Of a DNA stretch of 64,000 bases, positions 11,905-25,326 are shown in pieces. Source of the DNA: Pseudovirgaria hyperparasitica (lineage: Eukaryota). Each line of letters starts with the position of its first letter. Within the stretch, counting starts at the first letter, position 1. A program made the translations under genes and the position numbers. The stretch lies in NCBI GenBank assembly GCA_010093815.1, contig ML996569.1. The stretch is one strand, 5' to 3'. The notes below the pieces were generated by a model, which saw nothing but the letters and a program-made list of their open reading frames with translations, did not search any database and was not told the origin of the DNA.

Positions 11905-14105
11905 TTACATCCGCGCCTTCTTCTCATCTACCTCGTCCTCGTCACTGTCACAGCTCAGATCCGCGCCATCACCAATGCTATACCTCTCCTGCTCCATGCC
12001 ACTACCATCACGATCACCACCATCATCCTCACCCTCATCGCGGTCAAACAGCTTACTCTTCGCCTCCCCGCCGCCCGCCTCATTAGCGTAGCGTTGCCGT
12101 CGTCCGTTCACATGTCCATGCCCATGTCCATGTCCATGTCCATGCCCACGCAAGTCAAGCTCCTGCTCGTCAAAGTCCGCCGCCTCCAGATCCTCTTCCG
12201 TGCGACCGACCCTATTGCCAAAGCTCTCGAGGCCGGCGCGGAGATTCCCCGCAGCGCGACTAGCCACGGCGACAGGACCGTTGCCGCCGCCACGACCACC
12301 ACCACCACCATTATTCGAGCTGGTAAACAAGCCCTGATAGCCCGCGCGCCTGCGGCGATCGCGCCAGACGAACCAGCCCCAGGCGGCGGCGGCCAGCGCG
12401 ACAATGACGAGGACGACCTCGCCGCTCTTCTGGTATGCGTGCCAGGCCGCCTCCTTGACGCGCTGCTTTTCTGCCTCCTGGCCGACGGTGCTGTTGGTGT
12501 GGCCGCCCACGCTCGTTTCCGGGCCGGCCTTTTCGCCGTCGAGTTGGGAGTCGACTGGGTGGCCGCCCACGCTGGCAATGTCGACGCCCATGAAGCGGTC
12601 TAGCATGTCTCGTGTGCGTCGCGGGTAGTCGAATGGGACCATGTGTGAGGAGTTGTAGAACAGCACGTATGTGAGGTTTCGGGCTTCTTGGTAGAATCCC
12701 GCGGGCTCGCCTTCGAATTCCCATTCGCGGCGGGGGGCGGTGACGCCGGGTGATAGTTCGAAGCCTTTTCCTTCGTTCCACTCCATGTTCTTGATCAGCT
12801 CCTCCGTACCAATGTGGTTGCAGATGAAGTCTCTGTCGCCGGAAAATAGAACGATAGGAACTGTCCCGAGGATGCCAGGTAGAAGCTCAATGGATGGCAC
12901 GGAGTTGCGCGCGCGGAAGTTGGACGATACCGCACCGTTGCATTCCTGCCAGCCAGTCTTCTTGTCGCCGTCAATGTGCAAGGCGCTGGTAACGTCCTTG
13001 CGTCGCAGGTATGGAGTGACGTCTGCCAAATCTGGAGGCCAGTTCATGCCACAGGAATCATCGTCGCGGAGACGAATGTCGTACATGTTCAGACATTGCT
13101 GGTTCTTCTCCGCGTGTTTGTCCTTTGTCATCTCGAGGATGTCCGTCATGATGCGCTCGCATTGCGCGACGTCGACATGACCTTTGCCGTCGCCGTTCAG
13201 AACTTCCGTACATTTGGCTTGCTGCGCCGCAACACGTCTTGCAATATCACTCCCGTCTTGAATGAGATGCTCCTTGTATGCGTACTGCATGTAGGAGAAG
13301 TACTGATCGACTGGCGAAATCCAGCCATTTCCAATCAGAAGGCCGGACAGGTTCCACGTCGACTTCGCCTTGTCCGCCTTGCTGTTGCGATCCATAATAG
13401 CCTTTGCGATGTAGGGGAGATGTTGGCCAGCGTACGATTCTCCAGCGAGGTAGAGCTATTCACAAGTCAGCCTTGGGATTCCCGATTGTGACACATCTTG
13501 ACATACATCGTCATTCTCATACTCCGGGAACAGCGCAAACCACTTTTCCAGGAATATCATGAAGTTGTCTGCCATCTCTTGTAGTTCGTGAAGGAACCCG
13601 TTCGTGTCCACGTAGCTGAATCCCGTGCCGACCGGATTGTCCACGAAGAGCAGGTTGGCAAACTCGTCCCACGAGCCCTCATTATACTCCAGCTTTCCGC
13701 CTTCTCTTACACGATATGGACCGATTTCCATCATCGCTCCGTCCATAGAACTACACCCCGGCCCTCCGTTCAGCCATATCACCGTTCTTTGACGATCGCC
13801 GATGTGTCTATTTTGGTAGTGCCAAAAGAAGAGGTTGCCGTGATTTTCTTCCGTGACGGTTATGTGTCTGTGGTGTGTAATATTAGGAAGAGTATCGAAC
13901 GCGATTTTTCAAAGCAGGCTTACCCAGCATGCATCTTGAGAAGCGGGCCGTCTGGCGCCCCTGGCAGAGACTTGACATAGTAGTCAGCAGCTCTTTTGTC
14001 TGCGGCCGCTGTGGGTATCCACAGGGCGGAAAGTAGAGGTAGTATGACAAGCATAATGCTAGAAGCAGCTGATGAGCCTCGTGTGTCGATATTAAAAGGT
14101 CGCAT
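11905..14105 (-). CDS. KEX1: Pheromone-processing serine carboxypeptidase Kex1 (S10)
   Basis: Signal peptide, then [12 protein letters not shown] and [10 protein letters not shown]. Catalytic GESYAG, DFICN and SHMVPFD motifs. C-terminal TM followed by acidic tail (AADFDE). Introns 13868-13923 and 13456-13506. Confidence 0.93.
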
Positions 14106-14992
14106 TGTAAGAGAAACCAGCCGTCGTAAGCAGACGGAGAAAGCCTGGATGGGCAAGGGGAAGGAGGCGGTTATCTCATTAGTGTACGGTTTGAGTGAGC
14201 GGCGAAGAGGATATTGGGGACGATGGTATGCCTAAAAGTAAAATGGGTATTCGTGGATAGGAGAGTGCGGATGTGAAGGTATGCTTTCCAGGCCAGAGTT
14301 GCGATACCTACGTCTTATGTCTTGCAGGTGAGAGGAGTCGTGGACCGGACAAATGCAGTTAGCGTGCCAGTTGGTGGCTGAAGTTGCTGCTAGCGCTGGG
14401 TTTGGGGGTGGCTTTTGCGTGTTGTAACAATTGTCGAGCTGGTGAGATTTTTTGGCTTCATATCTTATTCACAGTGTAAAGTGAAGTTCTCTCTCGTTCA
14501 TCATCTATACACCTGCCATACTGTTTGTTATGTCTGTGCAATTGGCAAAACAATCGGGCCTTGTCATAGTTCATTTCCCAACTTCAGTGATAGCATATAA
14601 GCACTTGCAACCTCAGAGTCTCATGGTTATCATCTCATACACAGTCTACACTCAGATCGTTGTCATAGCTCATTTGATACTCGATCTCTCTTATACAGGC
14701 CACGCGGCTTGGCATGGTCGCGAGTTTCATGTATGTGGCCCCTAACGAAACCCTGCAGAGTACCTACGGCTTCTCTCACTTCCAACGTATTCCGCTTCAG
14801 CATTCTCCTGTCAGCTTGAGATGCACCAAGTCATATCTCCAGACCCCACAAGACGAGAGTAAAGCTGCACTCTATACGTTCCACACCCAGTAAGCCAAAA
14901 CATTACTCTGGCTGGTAGTCCGTGTTCAAGCGGGCCAGCGATCATGAAGCGGTAATGCCTGTTTCGTCTTACGTGTGCCTGGCGATCGCTAT

Positions 14993-15837
14993 TCATAATA
15001 GCTCACCGAAACCCCTCTCTGAATCGTTCTTGATCAGATCGATCATACCCTGATAATGTCAGTAGAGTTGATATGCACCCGAGACGTATAGCCTCACCTC
15101 AGGCATCACAGGCTCGCCATCCTTCCCTTTGACATAGCGGAATGGCATCTCCGTGCTCTCGTGCTTGTTGACCTTCAACTCCGGATGATCCACATACTCG
15201 ATCTTTTCCAGAGGAGCTGAACACGGAAGACTTAGCTATAAATGCTGTCTTGTGCGTTGTTGATGACTCACTGCGATCTTGAACAACGATTCGTGTTACT
15301 CTGACAGCAGTGTCTGTCGTCATTTGTACAGGGCCAAGCCGACGGCCTTCATATCCTTTCTTGCGAAGCTCCGACGTTCTGTCTGAATATCATGTTAGTA
15401 GCACATAAGTTCGTGTGTACATCTGGACCTGCCTCGTGGAGGGTCATCGCCTAAGTTGCTCATCAGCATTTGATTATCTAGCACACACCAGGCAGAATCC
15501 TACCCAATATGCCACCGAACAGAAAGACTGTGAACTTGTCGCCATCCTCCGGGCTAAGCTCTTTGCTAGCCGCAGGGTCCAGCAAGCAGACAGACTCCTT
15601 TTGAGATGCAAAGATCTCTTCTACGCTCCTCTGCTCTATTTTGATACCTTTGCTCTGCTTGACAACCCCAGGGATATTGGTAGCAAGCGACTCCGGCACC
15701 GAAGATAGCAGAAATTGCGCATTCGCCTCGTAGCTTTCCTTAGCGATAGCTGCATATTCTAGAGCAGACCATTGCTCCAGCTCAGGATCCAGATGTTCTA
15801 CGACATAGGTCTTGCTTGACTCTGCAAAATTCGCCAT
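14993..15837 (-). CDS. SFM1: SPOUT-family protein arginine methyltransferase Sfm1 (DUF431)
   Basis: YVVEHLDPEL..W..LEY, CLLDPAA.KELSPEDG, FLFGGILGDDPPRDRTSELR, RRLGPVQMTTDTAVRVT, TEMPFRY. Five exons including an 18-nt micro-exon at 15433-15450. Confidence 0.85.
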
Positions 15838-16433
15838 CTGTGACTTTGTTGGTCGAGATTGACGGAGACGATAAGCCGAGAAGTGCAGATATTTGGGAGC
15901 ACACAATGGTATTACTTAACCAAGATGTAGGTGTCTATTAAGCAAAAGTGTCCTTGCACAACTGGAGTGAATTTTGCATCTTGACTCTCTCGCTATAGTA
16001 CGCTACACCCAGTATAGGTTTAGCGTAATGTCTTCGTTATGAGGGGAGATACATTCTTGCTTTATGATGGTTCCTTTTAGTGCGCTATATTCTCGACTAT
16101 CTATATAAGAAGCCGAAGTAACTTCTTGACCTTCATATATACATCTGTACTGTCTACTATCTTTTGCAGGGCGCCAGTTGCAGATTCGTGTCTGAGTACC
16201 TACAACCGTCCGTCGGCTAACTTATAGCATAGTTGCAAGACATCTATCCAGACATCTGTTACAGGAGCTCGAGACGTATGAGGGCACGATCTCGAGGGAT
16301 AGCAGCAGTCGACCGGTACAAGATCTCTGCCATCCTCTACTCGAGCTTGCTCCAGATCCGCAAAATTGCATGGTCTACTTGTCCTTCGTGTCGCAGCGTA
16401 ACTCTACTAGCAGACACGGTTTTTGCATGCATC

Positions 16434-17690
16434 TCAACCTCCGACTGCTTCTTCCAGCGTCCACACCTTCACTTCTCCGTCATCGCCTGTGCTCACAATC
16501 ACCTCTTCATCCTCACTGCGCCTTCCCTTGTCCCACCTTTTCGCCCACACCACATGATTGACCTCAAAAACTCCATGGGCGGCCTCGATACTCGCCACAA
16601 CAGTCCATTCAGTCCCAACATCTTCTTCAGCCCCTGACTTCCACTGCTCTTTGTACACAACAATCATCCCATCGCTTCCCGCGCTGACCACCAAGCCGCT
16701 GGTAGTGCTCCATGATGCGGAATAAACGGCTCGAGTATGGGTACCCGGGAATTGCGCTTCCTCAAGCCAGGTCTCATCGATGTTTGACGAGCGGATGATG
16801 CTGGGTACTCCAGTGTTACGTGCAGCGTTCGCGTCGTCCGCAGGAGGCTCGCGGCGCCAAATACGGATGCTGAGGTCGTCTGAGGCTGATAGTAGCCGTG
16901 GCCCGGATGCAGCGCGTTGGATCAGAAAGTCGCGCTGTGCTTGCGACAGCTCCTCAGAGGGAGTCGCCTTGAGGCCTGGTAGATCAGCGCCTTCGAACGT
17001 AACACACCACACGGTGGCCTTGTGCCCCTGGATGACGGCTACCTGCTCCCAGTCATCGACGTCCTCCTTGTATAAACGGATTGTATCGTCGTATGAGGCA
17101 CTGGCGAGCAGGTCCTCCGCCGGGTGCCAGGCGACACACTTTACGTCGCCATCGTGCTCGCTCAGCACCGCCATGGTCTCCCAATTGTCATCGTCAAGCT
17201 CTTCCCATATCCAAACAGACTTGTCACGCGAGCAAGTGGCTAGCAGACGGGATGACGGGGCGAAGGCAAGGCTCTTGATCTCGCTCTCGTGGCCATCGAG
17301 TAGCACGGTAAAGGCGTATTCACCATCGTCGTCGTCATCATCTTCATCGTTATCGTTCTCGTCCGTACTGACAATGCCATGATTCAGTGACTCTACGGCA
17401 TCCCCAGAGTAGTGTTTCTTCCATATCCCAGCTGAAGCGTCGAAGCTACCTGTTGCAAGCACAGCGTCGCCTTTGCGCAAGGCGGGCTGCCACGCGACGG
17501 AGCGAATGGAGCGTTTATGGCCGCCGGAGAGGGTGGTTATGAGATTGAAAGAGGTGAGCGAGTAGATGCGAACGGTCTTATCTGACGAGGCTGTTGCTAG
17601 TAGGGGAAGAGTCGGGTGTGGTTGGGATTGCCAAGTGCGCGTTGAAGCGGGAGGGGTAAAGTTTGCGAGATGCGATATCTGGAGGGGCAT
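16434..17690 (-). CDS. CIA1: Cytosolic Fe-S protein assembly WD40 protein Cia1
   Basis: WD40 repeats with Cia1 motifs: HKRSIRSVAW, LATGSFD, GHESEIKS, LATCSRDKSVWIWE, EHDGDVKCVAWHP, LASASYDDTIR, AHGVFEVNHV. First ATG at 17690. Confidence 0.92.
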   Translation of the reverse strand: MPLQISHLANFTPPASTRTWQSQPHPTLPLLATASSDKTVRIYSLTSFNLITTLSGGHKRSIRSVAWQPALRKGDAVLATGSFDASAGIWKKHYSGDAVESLNHGIVSTDENDNDEDDDDDDGEYAFTVLLDGHESEIKSLAFAPSSRLLATCSRDKSVWIWEELDDDNWETMAVLSEHDGDVKCVAWHPAEDLLASASYDDTIRLYKEDVDDWEQVAVIQGHKATVWCVTFEGADLPGLKATPSEELSQAQRDFLIQRAASGPRLLSASDDLSIRIWRREPPADDANAARNTGVPSIIRSSNIDETWLEEAQFPGTHTRAVYSASWSTTSGLVVSAGSDGMIVVYKEQWKSGAEEDVGTEWTVVASIEAAHGVFEVNHVVWAKRWDKGRRSEDEEVIVSTGDDGEVKVWTLEEAVGG

Positions 17691-18009
17691 CGTGGGGCTT
17701 TGGAGGAGGATTGAAGGACGGAGAAGAGAACCTGTGGTAGCAGAAGTCGACAATTATGGACTGGTGAGCTCCCAAAGCAGACCATGAGAGACAATAGACG
17801 CTGACAGCGGCGATAATGGAAATGATTGAGTTGCAAAAAACGATGTTCAAGCTTGCGCACAACGATGATGTCGGGTGCGCCATGACGGTCTAGTCCGACT
17901 TCCCGGCCGAAGCTCAGGAGCTATATTAACAACATGCGCTGCCGTTCGTCTTCATGAATGGACAATTCTTCAATTCTTCAATTCTTCCAAGGACAGATTC
18001 GTTCTCGCT

Positions 18010-19554
18010 ATGATTGTACAAGCACCTCGTTCTGCAGTTCGAAGACTGTCTAGAAGTATCCGACTCTTCCAATCGCATTCTACCCATCCTACCACCCCCG
18101 GTCACCGCCATCTCCACGTCTCTGCACCACGCTCCACCGATGGTGTCTTCCGTGCCCTCACCGAGAACCGCGTTCAAACACCATGGATAGAAGCTTTGCG
18201 ATCCAAGCAGGCTGGCGGGCCAGACCCATCACAGTCTACCGGAAAGGCAGAAACCCCAAGAGACCGCGAACTCACGCCGAAGCGCATGTCGGATAGCTAT
18301 CACAGCGTCGTAAGGAGCCCTTACACCTCATGCAGAAGTCACACTGACTGATAACGTAGTAGATACTTCCTCTCGCCCAAGATCCATGGCTACTCGATAC
18401 CTACCTGAATGCCGCCGGGCACATACGTCTTGGAACGATCCTCATGGATCTAGACGCCCTCTCAGGAGTGATTGCATATAAACATACGGGAGACGGCGTC
18501 ACTACAGTCACTGCCGCCTGCGATCGTATCACAATCAAGCACCCCCTGACGGAGATATGCGACCTGGAATACAGCGGTCAGGTCACATATGCCACTGGCA
18601 GGAGCAGCATGGAGATATCACTCCAAGTCGCCAGGGCGCCAAAGGACGGCGAAAAGGTCAAGGACGAGGACGTCCTGCTACACTGCACATTCACAATGGT
18701 CTCCCTCGACCCAGGCACGAAGAAGTACCGCTCCACATCCCATCTCGACCGACACACACGTAGCTAACCACACATTCAGACCCGTAAACATCAACCCAAT
18801 CACCCCCTCCACCCCAGAAGAACACCGCCTCTTCGCCGCCGGCGCCCGCAACTCCAGCGCCCGCAAACAGCAAGCCCAAACCGCCCTCCTCAAACACACC
18901 CCCAACGACCTCGAATCCGACATCATCCACCACATGTGGCAGAAACAACTCCAATACCACGACCCCTCCGACGCCCTCCGCCGGCCCGACAACCTCACCT
19001 TCATGGACGCCACCGTGCTCCGCACAACCTCCATCATGCAGCCCCAATTCCGCAACCGCCACCACTTCATGATCTTCGGCGGCTTCCTCCTCAAACAGAC
19101 CTTCGAACTCGCCTTCTGCACCGCCGCCCAGTTCGCCCGCTCCCGCCCCACCTTTGTCTCCCTCGACCCGTCCGCCTTCCTCAACCCCGTCCCCGTCGGC
19201 TCAATCCTCTACCTCACCGCCACAGTCGTCTACACCGACCCGCCCCTCGTGCCCGCCACCGACGCCGAGGCCGAAGACGCCCGCTCCTCATCAGCCAGCG
19301 CCCATCATACCCGCGTGCAAGTCCGCGTCGACAGCAAAGTCCGCAGCGTCGAGCACGGCGAGGCCAAGCCGACCGGCCAGTTCCATTTCACGTTCCATGT
19401 CGAGGGCAACGGCCGCGTCATGCCGCGCACGTACACGGAGTATATGATGTATATCGATGCCAGGCGACGCGCGAAGCGTGTGGCGGAGAGCTTGGCGGAG
19501 GATGCGCCGCTGGTGGCGCGACGGATTGGGAGTTTGGATAGTGTTACGGAGTGA
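18010..19554 (+). CDS. Mitochondrial double-hotdog acyl-CoA thioesterase (ACOT9-like)
   Basis: Arg-rich presequence; LDTYLNAAGHIRLGTILMDLDALSG, VTAACDRI, GRSSMEI, RNRHHFMIFGGFLLKQTFELA, PVPVGSIL. Introns 18310-18362 and 18725-18779. Confidence 0.88.
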
Positions 19555-20054
19555 TGGTGGTGGTGGTGGTGGTGGATGGGGACTGTTTGTACTCGTGTAC
19601 TATGAAAGTTGTACATATTCAGGGCGCGCATATGGGAATAGAGAATTTGTGAGACACATAATTACATGCTGAACTGCGCAGATCATGTCTCAAGTCAGAC
19701 GTGCAATCCATAGATACGCTACCAAAGACCCAGCAAAACAGAAACAGGAGCACACTATGCTATCAAACCCCCTTTTCGACTCCTTTTCGAGAGACCCCTT
19801 TTCAACAGGGGCTGCCTCAAAATCACATGTCAACGCACACCAGCCCGGTTCAAGAATGCACGTGAAACGCAGTCATATACATCACAGTAGTGTTTTTGTG
19901 TTCTTTCCCCTACTTTTTTTTCGCTAGTCTAAAGTACATTACCACCACTGACTCCAAAACACCCACACCACCCACCCAATTCCTCCCCACATGTGACACT
20001 GGCAAGTCAGCCACCAAGACGATCCTCCTGTCACTAAAGCCTTGCGCCATCTAC

Positions 20055-20076
20055 GCCGAGCCGAGCCGAGCCGAGC
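20055..20076. repeat. (GCCGA)n pentamer repeat
   Basis: gccgagccgagccgagccgagc read directly. Confidence 0.8.
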
Positions 20077-20933
20077 TAGGCGCGTAAAAGTCACCTTGGC
20101 AAGCCAATGCAAGAACGGAAATGAACGACGGGGGATGGTGACCGCTGAAAGCGCTGTGCAAATGCAACACGACCAAATAGCAAGAACAAAAAAAGAGATT
20201 GCGCAGAATGCAGAGACAAGGCAGGACTGTGGATGGATGCAAGTACGTATGCCATTTGGTGGTGGTAGGGCAATGACCGACGCTAGAAGGACATAACAAT
20301 ACAAATTTCGGTTCTGTTGGTCCTTCCAACTACATGTATGTTTTCCGACTGATGAGGAGAGTGGTCTCTTCCTTGTTTTGCGTCATTTACATCTCTCGAC
20401 TCCATCAGCGACCGCGAAAGATGGTTCTCGAGATTCCCAAACCACTTGGTGAGAGAAGAGCGTGATGCAGACTCCACACGCGGCAATAGGTCGTAGCACA
20501 TCGAGATTCGTCAATGAGTACCGCTTGCCTGGTGTGTTTTCCGTTTGGAAGAATGCCAGTAGACAAGGATTTGTTGAGTATTAAAAGTGTATGTTCAGCC
20601 GCCGCTGTCGAAAGATGATACGGTGGTGTCGATTTGTAGACAAGGAAATGGGTTCCAATGACGAGATTAGTTTGGTGTTGGTTGCGCGGTGGATGCCGCA
20701 GTCTGGTTGAGCGCGAAGTTGGACGCCATGTAATATCGAATTAGTCGTAAAGCAGTGCGAGAATAGTGTGTGACGGTGTCCGGGCATCACAATCGATGCA
20801 TGTGGATATGCAGTTCGGGCGCTCTATGTGGGACTAAGTTCGTGGATAGTCGCCATATTTGAGATAGTAATAGAGATGTTCGTGAAGGTCATAATTACGC
20901 TGCGAGCGGTCAGAGAGTTCGTAAAACCATGAG

Positions 20934-22760
20934 CTACGTCGGCTTACCACAGCACAAGACCTTCATGATCTTCTTTCCAACCCCTTCTTTCGGTTCAGGT
21001 TGTGGTCCCCTCGCGGTGGCCTGCGCCGGTGTCGGGGTCATCTGACCTTGAGCGTTTATGTTTCTTGGTTGGAGATTTGACTGGCTGTTCTGGAATTGTG
21101 CAACTGCCGAACCTCCTTCCGGGGCATTGAGCTTCGCCTCGCTCTGCCGCTTGTCGTAATTGCTCGAATCTAGCCCACGTGGTGCCCGCATACCGCCTGG
21201 CTGACGGGCTGCACCAGGCCTTGGAAGTGGCTTGTTGATGTCGTCGCGAGTAACCGGGGTGCGCGAGGCACGTTGGCCGCCTAGTTCACGGTTGGTGGCT
21301 GTGATGTTGTGTGGGAGATGACCCCCCGTAGGGTGATTCTTTAGGGTTTCCCAGCCCTTACCATTGTTCAGCTTCATCCAGTCATACTCGCCATCTTCAA
21401 CCTCGCCGGTACTCTTCAACGCCTGCGTAAAAAGCTCGCGTAGATAGTCGTAGTCGGGAGTGTCCTCGAAACCGAGGTTGCGGACGTAGCTCAGATACTT
21501 GTTTAATTCCTCTGCATGACATTAGACACCCAGAGCTACCACACACATATTATGGGGACGTACCAGGGAATCCATCGCACAGCTCCTTGATGGCGGTGGT
21601 CTGCTTCTTCTCACCGATCTTCTCATATTTCTGCTTGTTCGTGGCGGCTTTCAGTCCTTGCCATGGCAGGCCACCGCGTAAGAAATACATGAACACATGC
21701 CCAAGAGCTTCTAGATCGTCTCGTCGGGACTGCTCGCGGCCAAGATGTGTATTGATACTCATATATCTGGCAGTTCCTGAGAGTGATTTACGTTCTCTGT
21801 AAGGAATGTGCTGCTTGGTCTTGGGATCACGATATTGCTTTGCCATGCCGAAGTCGACTACGTGGATGACATTGGCAGCTTTCGAGCCGGGTCGTCCGAT
21901 GAGGAAGTTATCTGGCTTAATATCACGGTAGATGAGATTTTTCTCGTGTATTGTTTGCACTCTCGACAACTACAAGCTCGGGTTAGTCGGCCATCTCGTC
22001 TGAAAAAAGCTGCTCGCACCATCTGCTTCGCCACCATTACCACGGTCTTGATGGAGAACCGTCTGTTGCAATGGTCGAAGAGGTCCTCAAGACTGGGACC
22101 CAGAAGGTCAATGACTAGGATGTTGTGCAGGCCTTCTTGGCCAAAGTAGTAGACATTAGGGATTCCAGCTGGGAAGAAGTCAGTATATCAAGAATATGGC
22201 ACCGCGCAAAGCAATATGATAGGGACAAAAAAACATGCCCGACTTCCGCCGCTTTAAATCGATCTGCCTCTCAACATTTTTCAAATGCATATTGTACCAG
22301 TCATACTGACTGAGAGGACGAGGTCCGCGGGCTGGCGGTATCGAGATAACAGAGACAGAAGTCACAGGCGACGGTCGGCATCGAGGCTGTGGACAGCCGC
22401 CATCAGGAGCAAGCGCGGCCTTTTACCTCGACAAAACGACACGCGTGAGCAAGGCTGTATGGAGAAAACGTGGACTTACGGCATCCCACAAGTATTTTGT
22501 ACGTGCGGTACTCGTCTCGCAACTGGGGTGCATCGCTTTTACGAGGCTCCTGGAGTATGTATTAGCAAGCGGTCCGGCGGCAGCGTGTTGACGGCCCAGA
22601 AGGGACCGACAGTATGGGCAGAACGACGCACAAACTTGATAGCAACCTGTTGCTGGTTGAGCAGGTTTGTTCCCTCAAAAATAACACCGAAAGAGCCTTC
22701 GCCAATCTTCTTGCCGACTCTATAGTGGACGCCCACGACGTTCGAGGACGAATTCGACAT
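20934..22760 (-). CDS. Casein kinase I gamma / Yck1-Yck2-type kinase
   Basis: [57 protein letters not shown]-terminal VLCCG palmitoylation motif. Introns 22550-22631, 22169-22479, 21970-22019, 21512-21563. Probable 5'UTR intron ~22766-22859. Confidence 0.96.
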
Positions 22761-25326
22761 GACTGCTACGTTGTCGGAGAGGACGAGGACGAGGACGGGG
22801 ACGACGGAGGAAGGGCGAGAAGGCGGATATTATGGGGCGGACAGTACGCAGTCACACACCTTGCCGCGGTGCGAACGAGGAATGAGATACGAGTGTCCTC
22901 GAGAGACACGAAGCTCTCAAAGAGATGAAGAAGTTCGCGGGTGACAAGACGATGGGAGAGAATGGGGAGAGGGAGAGCTGTGAAGCTGGGGCTGTGATGG
23001 TGGTGCAGGTGGTGGTGAGTTGTTGGAAAGGAGCGGAGCGGTCTGCCCAAGAGAGTCCCGATTAGGGTAAGCGCGAAGTATTGAGAATTAAACCTAAGGC
23101 TATCAATAATACTTCGCCTTCCTGTTGTGCTTGGGGCAACTGCTGGGCCCCTTCATCCATCATTTCATCGCCAACAAACCATAATTGTTATATTATTAGC
23201 ATCTCTTCAACACCACACTACATTCAGGTTGACTTCAAAATGATGGGAGCTCGTCACGGCGTGTAGCTGAGTCATCTATTCCTCACTCTGTCTTTGCTAG
23301 CGGTGAATGCCTCCACTATAGCACTCTCAATCGGTACTCGGCTTGTCACTCCTACTGTCCTTACCGAAGCACACACCACGCACACATACACGTACATTTA
23401 CATACACATACACACAGTACAGCAGGACATTGAGGCTCACGATTGTTGCTTCTGTCCCTTGCATGTGGACTCGTAGCATTTGCCACCGGGCGCGTCATCG
23501 CCGTCGTGGCCAGCGAGCGACTTCTTGAGACATACTTCAGACAATCATCACACAGCAATGCTTGTCACAGACAGTAGCAGACACCGCCGAGGCACCTTCA
23601 CACGCTTTTTCTTCGAAAGAAGCATGCATGCAAGCTCAAATGTTCCCATCAGCAACCGCCGCCAGTCTTCTCGCGGGCCGGTACAGTGGTGGGTAGGCCG
23701 CATACTACTTTGAGGCTCGCGCCAATAAACGGCCTTTTTTGCCTGCGAGCCACAACACTGGACGCTGTGCGGCTAGAGCTTAGAGCCTTTTTGTCCTTTT
23801 CCAGAGCCTCCTAGCACTTCGACTGGCCGACAGATAACAGAAGAGACCAAGAAGAGTAGGGCCGTGCGACGTGCCCAGCGACGTGTCACGCACCCCCAAT
23901 CCCCCAATCGCTTTTGGTTGCCAATACTCAGTCCTGTTTGTGTTGGGGTTGCTTGTCCACGCTGTGCTTCAGCGTCAACGGCTATCCTAAACCTTCCATG
24001 ACTGATCGCGCGTCGTGTAGCAATGCTCCGACGACCCGCAAAAGCGTCAAGCATGCGGCCCAGACGCTGCGCTGGCTCAACGCCTAAAGTTTACAAGCAG
24101 GTACAGCAGCCTAGTCTAGAACTTGCAGCTGCAGATGCAGCTGCAGGCACACATACGAAACGCTGCAAGCTAAGCACCTACAGCTTCAGTCTGGACTCGT
24201 GACATCGCCAGATTCTTCTTGCAGCTCGTTTTTGCCTCCCAAGCAAGAGTGATCCCGACACCACCACCACCACCACTACCGCTGAGGCGACGGCGAAAAG
24301 CACGGGGAATTTACACCTGCAGACCCGGCTGCCAGCCACCCCTGCCATATTCGCCGGACCCGATCCCGATGTTCCTCGACGGGCAAGCCGAGATCAAGAT
24401 CGTGCTCTTGCAGCTGCCGGAGTTGGGGTGCATAGCATGTGTCAGCAACGCGTGATGTTTTTTGGACAGTTGCGAATGTCATTTGTACCGTCCTACATTG
24501 ATAGCAGAAACCACACTGCTGAAATTCTCAGAGCAACGACCACAGCTGAGGCTAAACCTTTACTTTTCGCTGCAAATATACAGCGCCTTGTCCAGATTAT
24601 GCCGCTTCTTGATGTGTGTACGCGTATTCCCGTACCGACACTTACTGGCAATTCCTCGCATCGCGTCCTCCTAGGTGTGCTCGATATGCTAATCATGTAT
24701 GCATATGTATGTTATTAAGGATTAGAAAACTCAAGAACTGAGCAAGAAAAGAAAAAAAAACCCAAAAGCGTCCCACTAAGTAAATGGTTGAAACAATGGT
24801 CTTTTTTGGTGTATATACATATATGTGTGTATATGCTTCCGCGTACGAAAAAAAAAGAACAAGTCTACTATTAACGAAGAATGCTCATTTCTTGTTTCTT
24901 CTTTGCCACTACCCCCGCTGCAGCTGCAGCTGCATCCATAAATAGAGTGAATGGATGGATGGATGGGTAGAAGAATAAGATGGAAAGGTGGGTTAGCAGT
25001 GTCGCAGGTTCCCGGAGAAGGAAAAACAAATATACATAATCTTTTAATAGTACGTGTGGAATATACTTCTTCTTCATTCTTCCCATGCCATTCTTGGGCG
25101 TGCGAAAAAGAAGAAACATAAACAATGAACAACATCGCTGTAATATACCATCGTCATGCTGTCCGTCCCATAAGATATGTGTGTGTGTGTATGGGTGGAA
25201 AAACGCCTGTTTTTCAATGCTGGACTAGACCACTGAACACAAATACATGCTCTTGTCGATTCTTGTCTCGCCCTCTATCCTCGCGACGTACTTGCTCTCA
25301 CTGCTCACCACTACCACCACTACCGC

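Noticed and set aside
16100..16430. Splice-like signals (TTTTGCAG, GCTAAC..TAG) on + strand between SFM1 and CIA1
   Set aside because: No coherent start-to-stop gene model or recognisable product could be built.
20349..20375. CTGATGA plus hairpin resembling a hammerhead ribozyme core
   Set aside because: No GAAA after the stem and no stems I/III.
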